From Ptychomitrium polyphyllum (Eukaryota): DNA of 64,000 nucleotides. Below, in pieces: positions 39,627-52,750 of this stretch. The DNA lies in contig OZ316776.1 in assembly GCA_973851085.1 (NCBI GenBank), positions 7,998,001-8,062,000 on the forward strand. The letters are read 5' to 3'. Position 1 is the stretch's first letter, and each line of letters opens with the position of its first letter. The notes under the pieces were generated by a model. That model did not search any database. It saw only the letters and a program-made list of their open reading frames with translations, and was not told where the DNA came from. The position numbers and the translations under genes were made by a program.

Positions 39627-42600
39627 TTGCACCCCCCGCTGTGGCTTTGCTTTTCAAGCTTCAGCCTGGCGCAGCCGGGCGCGCGGGCTTCTCGTCCGTC
39701 CCGCGGCTTGCGCGGAACGGCCGGTATACTTTGCAGCCTGCACACTGCTACCATCCTCTTCCACTAACAAGGGCAGTTGATTCCTCTTAATTTAAATTGG
39801 ATGACCGCAAATGAATTATATACCAAGTACGTTTGAACTTTTGTCCTCCACCATTACAGTATGATACAACATTTTGTAGAATTTCTTTATATTTTATCAT
39901 GTGTTATCATTAACCACTAAATACTTGTCATATGTGGTGTAAATTTGGTGAGTGAAGGTAATGAATTGAGATTGGGTGAAAATGGAGTATGGAACCATGG
40001 TAATGGAAAAGAAGGTAAATTTACATTAATTTAAAAAGGAAAACATGTAATGAATATAATTTATGGTAGTTGTTAAAAGAAATTTGGATAATTGTGCAAT
40101 TCATTAAATATTGGTCAATGAAGTGATTCATAAGTAGTTTTTGGCTTTTTGAAAAATTATTTGAAAACTCATAACCAATATTGATTTCATTGAAAATTAT
40201 GTTTTTAATTGCATTGAACTTCATATTTTATTTTCATGCATAAAAAATCATTAAATAATTATACATTTCTTAGGGAAAAAAAAAATCTTTTCTTGTGGAA
40301 GTAATGAATTGTTCACTTTACAACCTTAAAAGAAATTGGTGAATTTTGAGTAGCATTTCATGTGTAATATTCTAAATGAATTGGAACTCCATTAAAATTG
40401 ACATCCAAATTTGATATTGCCTTATACCAACATCATTTACTAATGATAGTTATTTAAGTGTATTGATGTATTATATATAATCAACTTCTTATAAACAAAC
40501 ATTTAATGAATCTACCAATGTAAATATCTACTAACAACATTCTTAAAGAAGAATAAATTCTTCAAAATGAAATAAAAATCTAAAAAATGACCTTAATCCT
40601 AGCTACATGATGAAAGAAACAAACCAAGTAAAACTATTAAGCAAAACTACTCTTTTTATTGGTTTTTCAAACTTTATACTTAAGTAATGATTGTATTGAA
40701 ACTCCAACAATGAGCCTAGACAAGGCACACATGTTCATTCATGTGCAAAAATGACAGCAGGTCATATTTTAATGACAATGATATTCTAAAATTGTTGGAG
40801 TTTAAGATTTGTTGTACTTTTAAGGATTAGTATATTTGAAAAACGTGGTCTTTATTATAGAACAAATTTTTGCTTTAGATTTTATGTTCTACACATAAGT
40901 ATTTGAAATACAATAAGACAAAATCAAAATTAAAGAGCAACAACAATTATCCAATGTTCAAGTTAAAACTTGATTATGGAAAAAAATCATATAATCCCAT
41001 TAATACTTTGGATTCTAAAATGGCTATATTTGCAATTCAAATAAATAGAAAAAAATAGTAATTAGTCCATATAAGTATAATTTCTATTTCTTTGTACATT
41101 TTTCATATACAAATTCTATGGACTAATTACAATTTAAATAAATAGGAACTTGTCTATGAAAAATGTACTCCATTTTTCTAAAAAAAATACCATGGTGATG
41201 ATATTTTCATTCTTTTATAATAGAATTTTTACTACAAAATATTTCACTTAATGGTCATTTTTCATATATAATCCACGTTCAAAGGCACTTTATTTATACA
41301 AAGTTATAACAAAAAACAAACACTTACTCATTGTTCATTGCTCATAGTTCAAGGCTCACAATTCATTGCTTAAGGCTCACATATTAATAATTTCTAATTG
41401 TGAACTTCAGAGAAGTCTTGCAATTTAAGAATTTCATGTATGTTGCAATTCTTTTGCTTCATTCTATCATGATTTTTATGGTCTATTAGTAATGGCTGCA
41501 AGATTTGTGTTTGATTCATTGGAAAAAAAGGTCTTTCAAAATAACATTTTAATTCTTCAATGGCTCTTCTTTCAACAAGTGTCAGTATAGTTTTAAGTTT
41601 GAAGAGCAATAAAAGCATAAACGAAATCATTTGATGGCCAATCAATTAAACAATTTATGACTTTAGTAATAAAGAGATGATTTGATTATGATTGAGGCCA
41701 TATTTGCATTGTAAACAAGAACATTATTTAACCAAATGAGCATATGAACATCAAAGCTATTGCATTATTGGAATTTAATGCAATAATATTGATGTTGAAC
41801 CTTTTTAGTGCCAAATGATTATGTTGATGCTTTCCAAGTCTTTGTTAGGACAAAGAAGTATTGTTCAAAATATTGTTTGTATGTAAAGGGATTGTCTATG
41901 AATTATAGTTGTTTTTTTGCAATTAGTCATTGATTGAACATCAATACTAGCAATCATCACCTTTAAAAAGTCTTTAGCGGCACTAATAGTCACAAAAAGA
42001 TGAAGGAATCCAAATTGATGCAACATTGTCCTAACTTTCATTACTTCTTAACACCAATAATGACTTTAGTTGCAAAATCCTTAAAAAAAATCCTTAAAAA
42101 ATAGCATTGTCAATTTCAATTAAGCCATTGATAAATTAAACGGCTTGGAGCTATTCAATTGTCACTTAAACCTGTCAATTGTTACATTGCTAATTTAAGC
42201 ATATGCTCCAATTATTCTTGATTTTTTTAACTTCTTGGTGTTTGGCGATGAATAGAAAGAATTCAACAAATTCCATTGCATATCAATTTAATTGACAAGC
42301 CATTAATTTGATGAAATTATGGCAACTCAAAGACTTCTTGTAAATTGGATTAAGTCTATAATTACCAAATATTTGAAGAAAAGCCAAGTATGGATTATCA
42401 ACGTTGTATAGTACTAAAATTAGATCTTGACCTTCTACTAGAGCCATATGTAATCCTATGTCTCCGTATACAAATGTCTTGGTTCTTTTTGGATTAATAT
42501 AAGTAAAATCATTGTTAATAGATGTAAAATTTACTGGTGTTGTGCTCAAAGCAGACAAAAGTTCTTGCATTAATTCTTGTTGTATGTCATTCATTTGAGC

Positions 42601-44094
42601 AATCCATATATGAGATATTATGATTCCATGTTTTGATAGGCACTACTTGAGTTGCTTCCTAGACATAAATTAGTCTAATATTTTTGGTTATGTAATTTTA
42701 TTCAACATGCATCAATCTTGCAAATCAAAGAAAAATAATATCTTTATCATAAAGGAGTTGCGGAAGTAATAGTATTGCTATGTCAATGGAAACTAGAACA
42801 TTCACAATTCTTTCCTTGGTTTTCATTTGTCCTTTAGATCCATTCACTAGCCAAATTGCTTTGAATACATGGTGGGCTACAATAAAGTAAGCCAAACATG
42901 AAATGGATGGATGTACATGTAGATATTGGAAATCATTAGAAAAATAAAGAGCCAAGATGTTTTTTTTTTTTATAGCTATGTAACATGTCTTGCAATCAAT
43001 GTGGTCATTAGTGTCAAAAGACTTTAAAAACACAACATCTAGAAATTTTTATAACTTGCTTGGTTGCACAAGGGTGTTGTAATTGAGCATCTTGATTGAT
43101 AGTTTGAATTACAACCCTTTACAAGAAGAATAGACACAAGTTGGCCCTTTTTTTTAAAAATAATTTTTTAAAGATTATAGACAAAGAAGTGATTTCATTT
43201 CAAAATAGCCAATTAATGTGTATTGTAGTGTGCATTTGCACCTTGTAATCACTCTTGATTATTTTGTTTTGCATTCTTGTAAGCATCTTATACTCATTTA
43301 TTATGTTGACAAATTGAATCTTCATGAACCAAACAATGAACTTCAGCATTGAATATTTACTCTTTGTGATAATGTGTTGAATTTTCATAGACCAAGCAAT
43401 GAGCCTCAACATTGTGCTCTTGCACTTCATGACAAGGCTCTAAATTTTCACTAGCCAACTTATGAACTTAAACATTGCATTCTTGCTTCTTGCAACTTAG
43501 TTAGGGTTTACTATACCTGAGACTTTTTTGAAAGGATTTGGCTATATGCACATGGTAGAATTCATGTAATGGGCATATTGGTGCTTCAAAATGGATTTAG
43601 TAGACTTAGTGGCTAGGACTTCTTTGAATAAGGCTGAACTTTAGAATGCCCGCAAGTAAAAATAGAATATATATAAAAACTAAATAGTAAAAATTAATGT
43701 AAAAAAAAGTAAATTTAAAATGCATACAAACAAACATACAAATGAAAACAAATAAACATTTAGGAATTGATAGACTTCGTATCCGTATTACGTACAAAAA
43801 CCTAAAAGAAGTTACAATATATTTTGTCTAAAGTTATAGTCTTAGGACGGCCCTCAGAGGTTGAATCTTGGGACCAAAATATTTTATAATGTTAACGAGG
43901 ATATAACTTTGCATGATATAACTTTACACTGGTTATTCTGTATCGGGTGAGAAAGGGAAGTGAAAGATGACAAAACCTCCGGATCTTGGAAACAGAATTT
44001 GGCGAAAGAGGGCATCGCATCATTGCGGAGCAGGGGGGACAGTGCGACAGTGTAACAGGACCAGAGGTATGCCAGTGGAAAGCGAAGGTGAGAT

Positions 44095-44178
44095 CATGCA
44101 AGATGCACGTGCCCAACTCCACTTCTGCATCTCCCGCAACTCGCGGACTTTGCATGTGGCTTTCCAACTCCCCACGTG
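44095..44178. promoter_or_regulatory. Cluster of two RY elements and two G-boxes upstream of the ABI3-like gene
   Basis: CATGCA 44095, CACGTG 44106, TGCATG 44151, CACGTG 44173. Confidence 0.5.
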
Positions 44179-44709
44179 GATGGCCACCGCCTTTGAACCT
44201 CGACAGCCAACACTTTTCGGGCACTTGATTTCCACTGCAGGGAACTTATTTTCACGGGCTGCGCTGGGCTGGGCGGCAACTAAATTGAACAGATCTTTCA
44301 ACCCATGGTGTCGGACCCATCCCTCCCCATCCTTGCAGGGCATTTACTTCAAGTGCTTTGGAATGTGTGATCGTAGCTACGTCATGGGTGAGCTGTCCAG
44401 ATGAGAACCGCTTATGGGCCTTATAATCTCCCATTACTGTGTCAAACCTCCCATTTTGGTCAATGCAAGCTGATCTAGGCTAGGGGTTTGGGTTGGAGAT
44501 TGAGGTTTCTGTGGTGGATATTTAGGGTACAATTGAGGATATATAGAAAAAATAATAATATATATATGTATATATATGTATATGTATATATGAAAGTGTG
44601 CGAGCGCGTTCTAGGAAAGTGTAGAGTCTAGTTTGAGATTCATGCGGTGTGCTTGGCATCGACAGAGGTTGGAGAGCGACACTGCAGACCAGTAGCGAGC
44701 ATACAATAG

Positions 44710-47700
44710 ATGGTAGCGAGGTCGTCGTGTGTTGTTGATTTGTTGGTTAGCTAGGTGACTAACGAGAAGCAAAGGAAGAAGCCTGCGAGAATATTATATA
44801 TACTACGTTGCAGGTCGATGCAGGCGATGTGCATGAGTATGATGACTCAAGGGACTTCTCTCCGGTCGACTCCTCGTCAGGTTGGTAACTTGGTGCACTC
44901 CTTTCTACTGGTACCCAGATCGTGGCTAACCCTGGCTTAACCCGGAAGCGCTCACTTCTTTAGTCCTCATTTTTGAACACGCTAAGTAAATTGTGAAAGC
45001 ACACAGATTCTGTTGCTAGGGAGCTTTGCTTATTGCATAAGAAAGTTATAGTGTTGCACAGGCAACTTCCAGAACATTTGGGTACAACAAAGCCTATCTC
45101 CTCGATTAGGGGTCGCGTGGTCAAGCTAGGTTGTGGTGTAAGGTGTGTTATTATGGTAGAGGAAGAAGGTGGCCGGTTGCTTTGTGGAAGTATACCATCG
45201 AAAGCAATTTTTTCCTGTGAAAGGTAAGGATTACGCTTTTCCTGTCAAGGGAGACCAAGATTTCGGAGATGAGCCTCACGGAGCCTCGCTACGCAATTTT
45301 TCTCGCCAATTGTATTGTGTCGATGTGGAAGTCGAGGAACTAATTCATCTGGCCAGGTTGATTCTTTACAGTATATTTAGCACCAGACGCATCATGATGT
45401 TTATGGGTAGTTGTGTAGAGTGATGTACAGTGCTGCAGTTAGCCATTGTGGTGACACCCTAAACCCCTGAAGTGGTCGCTGCACTGTGGGAAGCGTGCGT
45501 CGCGGACGAAGCGGGCTCAGTCATCATGGAAGAGTTCGACGTTGCCAAGAGCTCGTATGGGGGAGACTTGCCGCCATGCGGAGGAGCAGTATTAGCAGCA
45601 GCCCAGATGAGTGCCTGGTCGTTGAAGTCCCCTATGACAATCAAGAGCAGCGAGCAGCAGTTTCGTGACATTCTGCGGAAAGTGATGGTGAGCGAGCAGA
45701 CGCTTAAATACGCTGTGGCCAGGTTGGGTGGGGGAGCGCAAGGGCTGCAAGTGCTCATGGGCCATGTCAACTTCTGGGCCTCCTCGGCGTCGCATGAGCA
45801 CGACGTCACCGCCACTATCCGCAAAGGAATCCTGGACCTTGGCATGCCACCCCAGCCCAAACGTCATGGTTATTTTGAGGCGCACTGGAAGAATAACGCT
45901 AGACTTGGTAAGAAGAGAACTTACTGGGGTTCATTTCAAGGTCACTTTAGAAACAGGTCCAACCATAGACACAGCTCGGGTGAAAATGGTAGCAGCAGCT
46001 TGAAGAGAGTCAACAGGATGGACCACGTAAAACAACGATATCTGTTTTTGGTAGGAAGTATTTTCTTCGGTGTACTTGATTTTGTCCTTCCTTGAGGAAT
46101 TTGTTAACACAGTCTATCTACAATCCATCTAGAAATTCACATTTTAAAGCATGCAAAGATAGACGTGGAATTGGGATCATGGTGATTATCGGGTGTTCTA
46201 CCTTAATTATTACCGCTTTTGGTTTTGAGCTACGGGTAAAGAGACGTGGTCTTTTGACCAAATAGAAATGCTTCTCTTTGAAAAGTGTGAAGTCTTGAGT
46301 GATTATAATTTCATAGTTGGCAATGCTGTTGCTCATGAAGAATTTAATGCACTTGTTGTAGGCATTTGTGAAGGCACTAACCATGAGGCGGCGTACACCA
46401 GGGCGCTTCGGAAGTCACACATGGTGCGGCAGAGAGGGCATTCTAAACGAGCGCAGCGTGACCAATCCAATAGGACTAGTAAGTGTGGGCATCAGTCTCG
46501 GCATTTGCGAAGCTCTACCAATCATCAGTGGTTTCGGGACTTGGATCCTGAGTTGGGCAATGGCAACGGCAAAGTAAGTAGATCGGCCTAATTTGTTTTT
46601 TCTGGATTGCCACCTTTCTGAAACAGCTCTTTTCAGCAGTTGCTATTCTCAGCAGTTGCCATGAACCATAATCAGGTTATTGAGGTTGCTTGCACGACTC
46701 TAGTGGATCATAAACATTAGAGCTTTTCAGAGATTTAATGTTTCACAGAGTTTACAATGTTTACCTTTTAGTCGATATCCATGTGATACTTGGTGATAGT
46801 GAAGGTGACATTGATGTGATACGTAGGTCGGGGTATCTTGTAAAGTAGAAAAATCATGAAGGGAACCTGCTCAGGCTTGCTGTGAATTATGATGGGATCA
46901 TTTTTGGTGCTGGTTGATGTGCAGGGATATGCATTTCTCTTTCAGAAAGAATTGCGAGCGAGTGACGTGAGCAGCTTGGGACGAATAGTTTTGCCAAAGG
47001 TAACGAAGTGACAATCAGTGCATGTGAGTGTAACGAATTTTAATTTACATTGCAGTAACGTCAGTTTACAATCTTTGTACGTTGAGATAACCACTATGGT
47101 AATAGCAACTTGTTGATTATTAGATGTTTGGTTGATTCTTGCAGAAAGATTCAGAGAGACATCTTCCTTTTCTGATTGTGAGGGAAGGTGTGATGATTGC
47201 TTTGGAGGACTACCATTCTGGTTTCCTTTGGACGGTCCGTTACAGATTTTGGCCCAACAATAAAAGTCGAATGTATTTGCTGGAGAATATTGGTACTGTT
47301 CGAGTGGAAATTGTTTAATGTGATTGATCGCACTATTGTCATTGAGCATTCTATTTCTAAATGTTTTCAGTTGCAATTCATTTGATAGCATGTCTTTTAA
47401 AGAGATCGAATTTGGAAATAAATCTGGAAAATTAATTTTGTGACACTACTAAGACTTCTACATTGCCATAAACAGGAGGATTTGTGACCTTGCATCGTCT
47501 TCAAGAAGGAGACTTAATGCTCTTCTACCGAAATGCACTAGGAGGTTATGTAAGTGTTTTTATTTTACTTTATTAATTAGCTGTAAGCTAATGAAACACT
47601 GCTGTAGTTCCTACGAAGCAAAATATTTCTGGTGTAACATGATAATTTTAACAAGTTATAATTGTAATTCAACTCTTTTTGTGCAGGTCATTCGTAGCCA

Positions 47701-48417
47701 AAAAGTGCCACGAAGTGCGAAAGTTCCTGCTAGAGGACTTAGTTCATACGACACTCAAGGTTTAGAAACTATTCAGACTGCCGAAATGAGAAATCTCATC
47801 AACACTTCTGGTAATTGCATATTTCACCTCAATATTATAAATTTGTTTAACAGTTAGAAAGAGCACCTCTGAAGCGAAAAAGACAGTTAAAGCCATCCAA
47901 GGCTCTTGGATGTTCTAATGCTTGTAGGAGTTAAAGCCTCGTTATGTTTAATTCCACTAGTGAATTCTCAAAGGGCTCTCTTATCTTGATTTTGATGTTG
48001 ACTTTGGCTTTGCTGTTAATTTTATTATGAAGAGTACAATATTGCTTTCCAAGATTGTCTTGAAGACTATTTATATTGATGATGCCAAATGATCAATTTA
48101 CTGAACGAGAGGAAAGTACCACGGACATGATGTCAGACAGTTCAGATCTAGCCAACTCCTCGATTGATTCTGAGTTGGAGTGCACTTTGAGAGATGCCAG
48201 TGGCAAAGCTTTTGACGCTGGACCTTCCAGCATTCAACAAAGCTGCGTTGCTCAGCAATTGGGTTGCCCTATAAATTATGATGAAGGTGTGTTGAGAACT
48301 GGTTATCAAGCCTCATGCAAGCCGCCAGTATTGGAGGATCCCAGCTATGACTCAAGTCAAATAACCATGCTCTCTGTGAACGTGAAGCAGCGATATATGG
48401 ATTCTTTTGGTTTCTAA
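44710..48417 (+). CDS. ABI3-like: Divergent ABI3/VP1-like (LAV family) B3 transcription factor; first and last exons uncertain
   Basis: B3 exons 46925-46999, 47145-47292, 47476-47549, 47687-47810: [32 protein letters not shown]...[35 protein letters not shown]...GY|VIR; B1-like [28 protein letters not shown] (~45690-45780); B2-like [16 protein letters not shown] (~46390-46440). Confidence 0.85.
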
Positions 48418-49409
48418 GTAAGGAGAAGTATTATTCAAGGGGAGATTTTTCATCTATCAACCATGCACAAATCCATCAATATATCCTGACCCCTGTGAGT
48501 ACCTTCATTCCAGTTTACAGGACCGCAAATTAGTGTCCCACTCTCGGCTACATCCGGGCCGTACAGAATATGGAACTGGGTTCGCTATGTTGCACCACTA
48601 CGTTGGTAACGTCGTAGCATTAACAAGATGATGAGTTTGATTTGTATCAAGAGACCGTTGATGCTGGAGAGCTAGCTTCTGTTGTATAGACTTTTTTCCA
48701 GCGGCAAAAGAGAAAATGTACATTTTGAACATTATGAAAATGGCAACTTTGAGGAGGGATATAGGTATATGTTTTGTTTAGTATATTATATGGTATTCTT
48801 TCCAATGTCTACGAGTGCATGTTTAGTTGTTTGAGTATTTGACAAATCTGAAGTGCAATTTCCGATGTAATTATTCGTAGCTTTAATTTAGTTCTCTGAG
48901 ACTGACGAGTATTCGGAAGTAGTGTTTCATATGAACATAGGCAGTAACATATGCTAATAATTGTGTCGACAGAATTTATACATTGGTATAGAAAATCTTG
49001 AAAGGAGTTGAAGACCAAAGATTTTAGTGACTTGTGCACTATATAAGGTTCTACCATCTGTAACTATAAGAATAAAATGCACAAAAAAAACAAGTCTTTA
49101 GAATACATTTCGTTATTTTCTTTTACAACACATTCGGTAATCAATCCAACTTTCTGTGTACATTGTACTTAATAGTTGTGTGCATCATCGGTATACAGGT
49201 CATTCCTCTAAACGCTTATGTAACTCAAATGCGTCTATTATACTTGCTGTAGTACCTTAGCTTTGAAGATCAAGAAATAGGTATACAAGAGAAGGCTGAG
49301 CAATTTCTATATTTCTAATGTGAAAATTGAAGTACCATACTCAACCAGGTGAAAATGTAAACTGCTCAAAAACAATAATACAGTTGGTAAAGACAGTGTG
49401 TTGTCAAGT

Positions 49410-52400
49410 CTACAAACGCGATGTAGCAGGCTTCCATGGACAACCACCCTCAAAAGCTTCATGTAAGACGTCCTCCATACGCTTAGCCAATATAATCTGT
49501 ATCACAACAGTAACGATATTGCTAAGTCACAAAAGCATTCTGCAAAATGTACATACTATCATGATCAGTGTGACCATAAGGTTGCACGTACATATTGTTC
49601 TACAAGCACCATCTCGGTGTTCTTCAACTTCAAGTGTGAGCTCCTAGATTCAAACCTCTCTTCGGTTAAAGAGCAAGCCCAAACTGTACCCAAAGCAGCT
49701 ACAGAACAACCATGCTTGGAATGTTAAGGAGTTTGTGTGGGCACTCACCTCCATGTTCGTGAGAATGGGTGCAGGAACCTCTTGAAGGTCTTTACGGTTG
49801 CGCTCGGGTAGAATGACTCTCCTAATTCCGCAGCGGTGAGCAGCCAATATCTTGTCTTTGATTCCTCCAACTGGTAGAACAAGCCCTCTCAGAGTCATTT
49901 CGCCCGTCATCGCTGTGTCTGCTCTCACGCTGCGCTTTGCAAACAAGGAAACCAAGGCCGTCACGAGCGTAACCCCTGCTGATGGCCCATCTTTCGGCAC
50001 TGCGCCGGCTGGAAAGTGAATGTGAATGTCCCGCTCCTTCATCAAACTTCCCGCCTCCGCCACTGGCAGCTTCAGCTCTGCAGACCTTGCTCGCACCTAT
50101 AGCAACGGAATCAAATATAACAATCAGATATTACGAGTAGAGTTGGTTGTAAGCAACTTAAGGAATAGGTTGCTGGACTTACCCAAGTAAGAGCAATTTG
50201 AGCTGATTCTTTGATGACGTCCCCCAGCTGCCCCGTCAGATGCAAGTCCCCCTTTCCTAACATTGCAGTAGATTCTACGAAGAGAACCTCGCCACCCACC
50301 TCTGTCCATACCAGTCCTACTGCAACGCCAGGTGTGGCCACTCTTTCTGCTGCCTCTCTACCATCGAATCTCGGTGGCTGCACATAGAGATAGACGCTAA
50401 CATTATTATAAGCATGGAATTGCATGTCGTGTGATTAGGGGATATTACCATAATTTTCAAGAAAAGAAGGCGGGTAAGGAAAGAAGAAGCGTACCCCGAG
50501 AACGATCTCAAGCACTGCTTCGTCCACAATCAGTGGTTGTGGTTTGATTGCCAAAGCTAGAGCTTCTTTTCTCTGGACACTGATGGCCTCCACCTCCATC
50601 TCCAGTTCAGCTGCTTCCACAAGCAAGCCCCCTCCTCCATGGTCTATCATCTGGGTGACTTCTGTTTGCATTTCCCGCGTGTGATGGTCTGCTTGCTCCC
50701 TCTCTGCCACTTTCACAGCTGCCGCTCGGGCCAAGGCTGCCAAGTGACGACCCAGATTGCGAACTCCTGCCTCTCTGGTGTACCTTTGGATGATCAGCTC
50801 CACCGTTGGCTGCCAGCCACCACATTAGGCTCCCCACATTGGGTACTGAAATTACCAACATAATCCTGAACACCAACAAATACTAAAGCTGCAAATTGTA
50901 ATCACAAGATTGAATTAGGTTACACACCTCTGGTATGTCTAGGTGCTCATGTGTGATGCCATGTTGCTCAAGAACTCGAGGGATAAGATGCAGCATCGCG
51001 ATTCTCAGCTTTTCTTCCGAAGTGTACCCAGGCAACTCGATGACCTCCATTCGGTCCAGAAGCGGAGCTGGCATAGATTGCATTCTGTTCGCCGTTGCTA
51101 CGAATACCACTTTCGACACATCGAAGGGTACATTCAAGTAGCTAGCCATCAAAAACCAAAGTCAAAGAAACCTCAACAATTTGTGAACCTAAAACGGCTC
51201 ACCACTAGAAATGTACAGAAGCACTCAAGCGAAAAGCAGGTAGTTGCGAAAAATCATTAAAGGGAACTTTTAATGCTGGGATACTGGTCGTTAAAGGTCT
51301 TGTTCTGTTCGGGGTCCAAGACTTCCAGCAAAGCAGAGGCAGGGTCACCTCGAACATCCGCACCCGTCTTGTCTATCTCGTCCAACAACATTACTGGGTT
51401 ATTTACACCAACTCTCTGACATTTCCAACTCGAGAGATTAATCCAAGGCTGCACAAAACTTCCAAAAAATATAAGAATTGAAAGCCTAAACCCTAGAAAT
51501 GTTCCGGATTGAGTCACGGTGCATACTTTGATTCCATCAATGAGCCGGCCCGGCATGCTTCCGATGTAGGTTCTGCGATGTCCTCGAATATCAGCTTCGT
51601 CTTTCACACCACCCAAGGAGATCCGAATGAAGCGCCTGTTCAATGCGCCGGCGATGGACGACGCCAGAGAGGTTTTGCCGACCCCTGGGGGTCCGACGAA
51701 GCATAACACTGGCCCTCTGGCATCTGGCTTCAACTGCAGCCCAACCATATCCATGACTTTTCATTTTAAAAATTCTAGGTCGTAATAAAATCATAAAGCA
51801 CAATGAACAACAGATGGTAGAAGACGATTTAGCCTTCCAGGCAACCAAGGTTTGAGCAGCTTGGAGGTGATTGAAGAAAAGTTGATACCTTGCGCACAGC
51901 AAGATACTCAATGATACGTTTCTTGACTTTGCTCAAGCCATAGTGCTCGCTATCCAAGCGCTCTTTCGCGACCGCTAAATCGATTTCATGCTCCTCGCTC
52001 GCGATTTGCCATGGCAAATCGGCAAGTAGCTCCAAATACGTGCGAGAGGTTCCATAGCCGGGCTGCTGGGGCTGCATCTTCCGTAACCGCCTGCACAGGA
52101 GCGTCATAGCATCTCAATTCCCTTCACTCACAATCTGCGAGGAGGATAAACGAAACCCTCTATTGTGTACGCGCATGCCACTTCACGATCCATTTCAGTG
52201 GAAAAGTAGGACCAGCGTCCTCGCCCGAAGGGTTTAAGGTGGAGGTCCACTATCATGGCGAATTACAACATCAAGGATACAAATCTAACAAAATGGCATC
52301 TTACAAAAGCACAGATGTGTAGTCTCGATCAACGAGCAGGGATCTTAGCAACCAATTGATCGTCACCGTGAAAGAACAGTACCGAACCAAAAAAGCAGAC

Positions 52401-52750
52401 AGATTGAAGGAATCGATCACAGACCTAAGCTCCCGTTGCGCATGTTTCCAAACATTGGGAGGCATGCCTGCGTCTTGCATCTTCTTCTCCAACGACGCCA
52501 CATCGTCGTCATCCTCGTCGTTCTCACCTAGCTCGTCCTTGATTGCCCTAATCTGCACACGACCACGTCACGCCCGTCATGCACTCTCCCCCCAAGATCT
52601 CTATCTCCGACGACAAATGCACTTCACGTGCAAACAACGCAAGCGCTATCTACCCATAGAATTAGCTCTTGCACATACCTGCTGCTGCAGAATCTCCCTC
52701 CGCGTCTTCGTCATCGGTGAACCATCACTCTTGGCGATCGACCGCGTCAT
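49410..52750 (-). CDS. LON2: Peroxisomal Lon protease (LON2-type), apparently without the N-terminal Lon domain
   Basis: [28 protein letters not shown], Walker A GPPGVGKT, Walker [19 protein letters not shown], catalytic PKDGPSAG and GGIKDK, C-terminus [11 protein letters not shown] (PTS1). Proposed first coding exon 52750-52679; alternative in-frame ATG at 52963. Confidence 0.9.
51142..51284 (-). other. Candidate U12-type (minor spliceosome) GT-AG intron in LON2
   Basis: Donor GTATCCCAG; TTCTTTGAC about 20 nt before the acceptor TAG; splits FNDH|YLNVPFD. Confidence 0.55.

Larger units (their letters stand above)
23000..43800. other. AT-rich, gene-free block of degraded transposable-element sequence
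   Basis: Very high AT, few CpG, no credible intact ORFs, several recognisable TE remnants; boundaries approximate. Confidence 0.75.

Noticed and set aside
39356..39790. Trp/Gly- and Pro-rich ORFs
   Set aside because: Translations of the 22-bp minisatellite
41400..43500. Possible further LINE-like remnants on the minus strand
   Set aside because: Too degraded to assign a motif with confidence
43840..43876. GGTTGAATCTTGGGACCA, tRNA 3'-end-like
   Set aside because: No cloverleaf or A-box upstream
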